Below are positions 7,197 to 8,141 of a DNA stretch of 8,141 bases, piece by piece. Origin of the DNA: Octopus sinensis (Eukaryota). Every line of letters begins with the position of its first letter. Position 1 is the first letter of the stretch. The notes under the pieces were generated by a model. The model saw only the letters and a program-made list of their open reading frames with translations, made no database searches and was not told where the DNA came from. The stretch is taken from assembly GCF_006345805.1 (NCBI RefSeq), contig NW_021828689.1:1-8141 (forward strand). The letters are read 5' to 3'. Position numbers and translations under genes: made by a program.

Positions 7197-7403
7197 TAAT
7201 ACATGTCCTAAGCACGAGATCTATGACTTCTCAATGCGGAGAAGTAACGGTCCGACTCGGAGAGACTCCCTGATCTCCGGACTGCACAAGTAATTTTACT
7301 CCCTGTCAAGTAACATTACTCCAGGGACCCTTCAGGGGAGCCCCATTTCGGCCGCTTGTATTCGCGATCCTACCCTTTCGCTCATTACCTAACATTCACA
7401 GCA
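7197..7403 (-). pseudogene. RTE-clade LINE remnant, ORF2 (5' segment of the same copy as 5940-6177)
   Basis: Manual translation from 7400: CEC*VMSERVGSRIQAAEMGLP*RVPGVMLLDRE*NYLCSPEIRESLRVGPLLLRIEKS*ISCLGHV. This matches the RTE motif ESW.MTER.RSRIQAAEM.FLRRVAG.SL.DRVRSS.IRE.L.VEPLLL.IE.SQLRW.GH; it has multiple stops and is 5'-truncated. Confidence 0.88.
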
Positions 7404-7580
7404 TTAAATAAGGATAGGCCCGAAAACCGAATTGAAAACAAAAAGTTTATCTTCACCTCCCTCCCTCCTCTCCTTCTCTGAGGATCGAACGCTAGATCTG
7501 GTGCATTGCTGTGCCAACACCTGCATTTCTATATTTATATTCGAATTTCCGCTTTCATTTGCCATCTTCAAATTTCTATC

Positions 7581-7828
7581 TTTCCTCTTTCATCATTTTC
7601 TCGCTTCCCCCATTTTATTTTCATTTATTCCTTTATGTTACACCCCTCCTTTTTTTTTTCTCGCCTCTTTCATTGCTCCTATTACAGAGGGCGCTGTAAC
7701 CCTGCCTTTCCGTTTTTATCATTTTCTCCCTTCCCCATTTTCTTTTTTTTTCTTTTACATCCATCCTTTCTTTCTCGCCTCATTCGTTGCTCCCTGTTAC
7801 CCTGTTACACAGGGCGCTGTAACCTCGC
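7581..7828. repeat. Diverged tandem duplication, ~123-bp period, pyrimidine-rich
   Basis: GGGCGCTGTAACC at 7689 and 7812. TCTCGCCTC..TTC.TTGCTCC and ATCATTTTCTC.CTTCCCC also occur twice in order. Confidence 0.8.
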
Positions 7829-8078
7829 TTCTAAACATTAATAACTATCAGTGGAATATACATATAACTATTTTTACGGGCCCGAAAACCGGATTGAAGT
7901 CAAGTCTGGCTTTTTCACCAACATACTATTCAAACTCGGCAAAACCTTTCCAGTAAAACTTAACTTTGCTTTGTCCATAAACAAATCACAAGACAAACTT
8001 TATTTCCTGCTGGGCTACAACTGCAAAACCATTGCTTTTCTCATAAACAACTTTGTATTGCTTGGGCAATAATTGTAA

Positions 8079-8141
8079 AGCGGCGAGCTGGCAGAAACGT
8101 TAGCACGCCAGGCGAAATGCTTTGCGGTATTTCGTCTGCGT
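8079..8141 (+). mobile_element. 5' head of SINE family B, truncated by the window edge
   Basis: GCGGCGAGCTGGCAGAAACGTTAGCACGCCAGGCGAAATGC..CGGTATTTCGTC is nearly identical to the reverse complement of 3977-4033. Confidence 0.92.

Noticed and set aside
6167-7201. Alternative 8-bp TSD ACATAATA (6167-6174/7194-7201) for the insert in the LINE
   Set aside because: It is an exact match, but it gives no terminal repeats and needs a 4-nt loss in the LINE frame. The TG..CA plus 5-bp TSD parse needs only 1 nt. It is not fully excluded.
7804-7834. Hairpin followed by CTAA resembling a Helitron 3' end
   Set aside because: The stem is only 6 bp, the next base is A rather than T, and no matching 5' TC end can be identified.
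7432-7956. Phe/Leu-rich ORFs resembling membrane proteins
   Set aside because: They result from T-rich duplicated sequence, which is open in several frames at once.

Overview
AT-rich, repeat-saturated eukaryotic non-coding DNA with no intact gene, rRNA, tRNA gene or CRISPR array. The SINE families and microsatellite style point to an octopus genome; I inferred this from recalled repeat sequences, not a search. The listed ORFs are readouts of simple repeats or chance frames. The window contains: (i) two tRNA-derived SINE families in five loci, one being a 184-bp-period tandem concatemer; (ii) a 118-bp-arm foldback element that, with an adjacent SINE, is bracketed by an exact 13-bp direct repeat; (iii) a three-layer nest in which a dead RTE-clade LINE ORF2 3' end is split by a ~333-bp solo LTR, itself split by a 678-bp hAT-like MITE carrying an expanded minisatellite; (iv) a second 170-bp hAT-like MITE; and (v) many microsatellites and local duplications. 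I found no convincing new protein-coding system. The interest is in transposon architecture and possible dsRNA/ADAR substrates.
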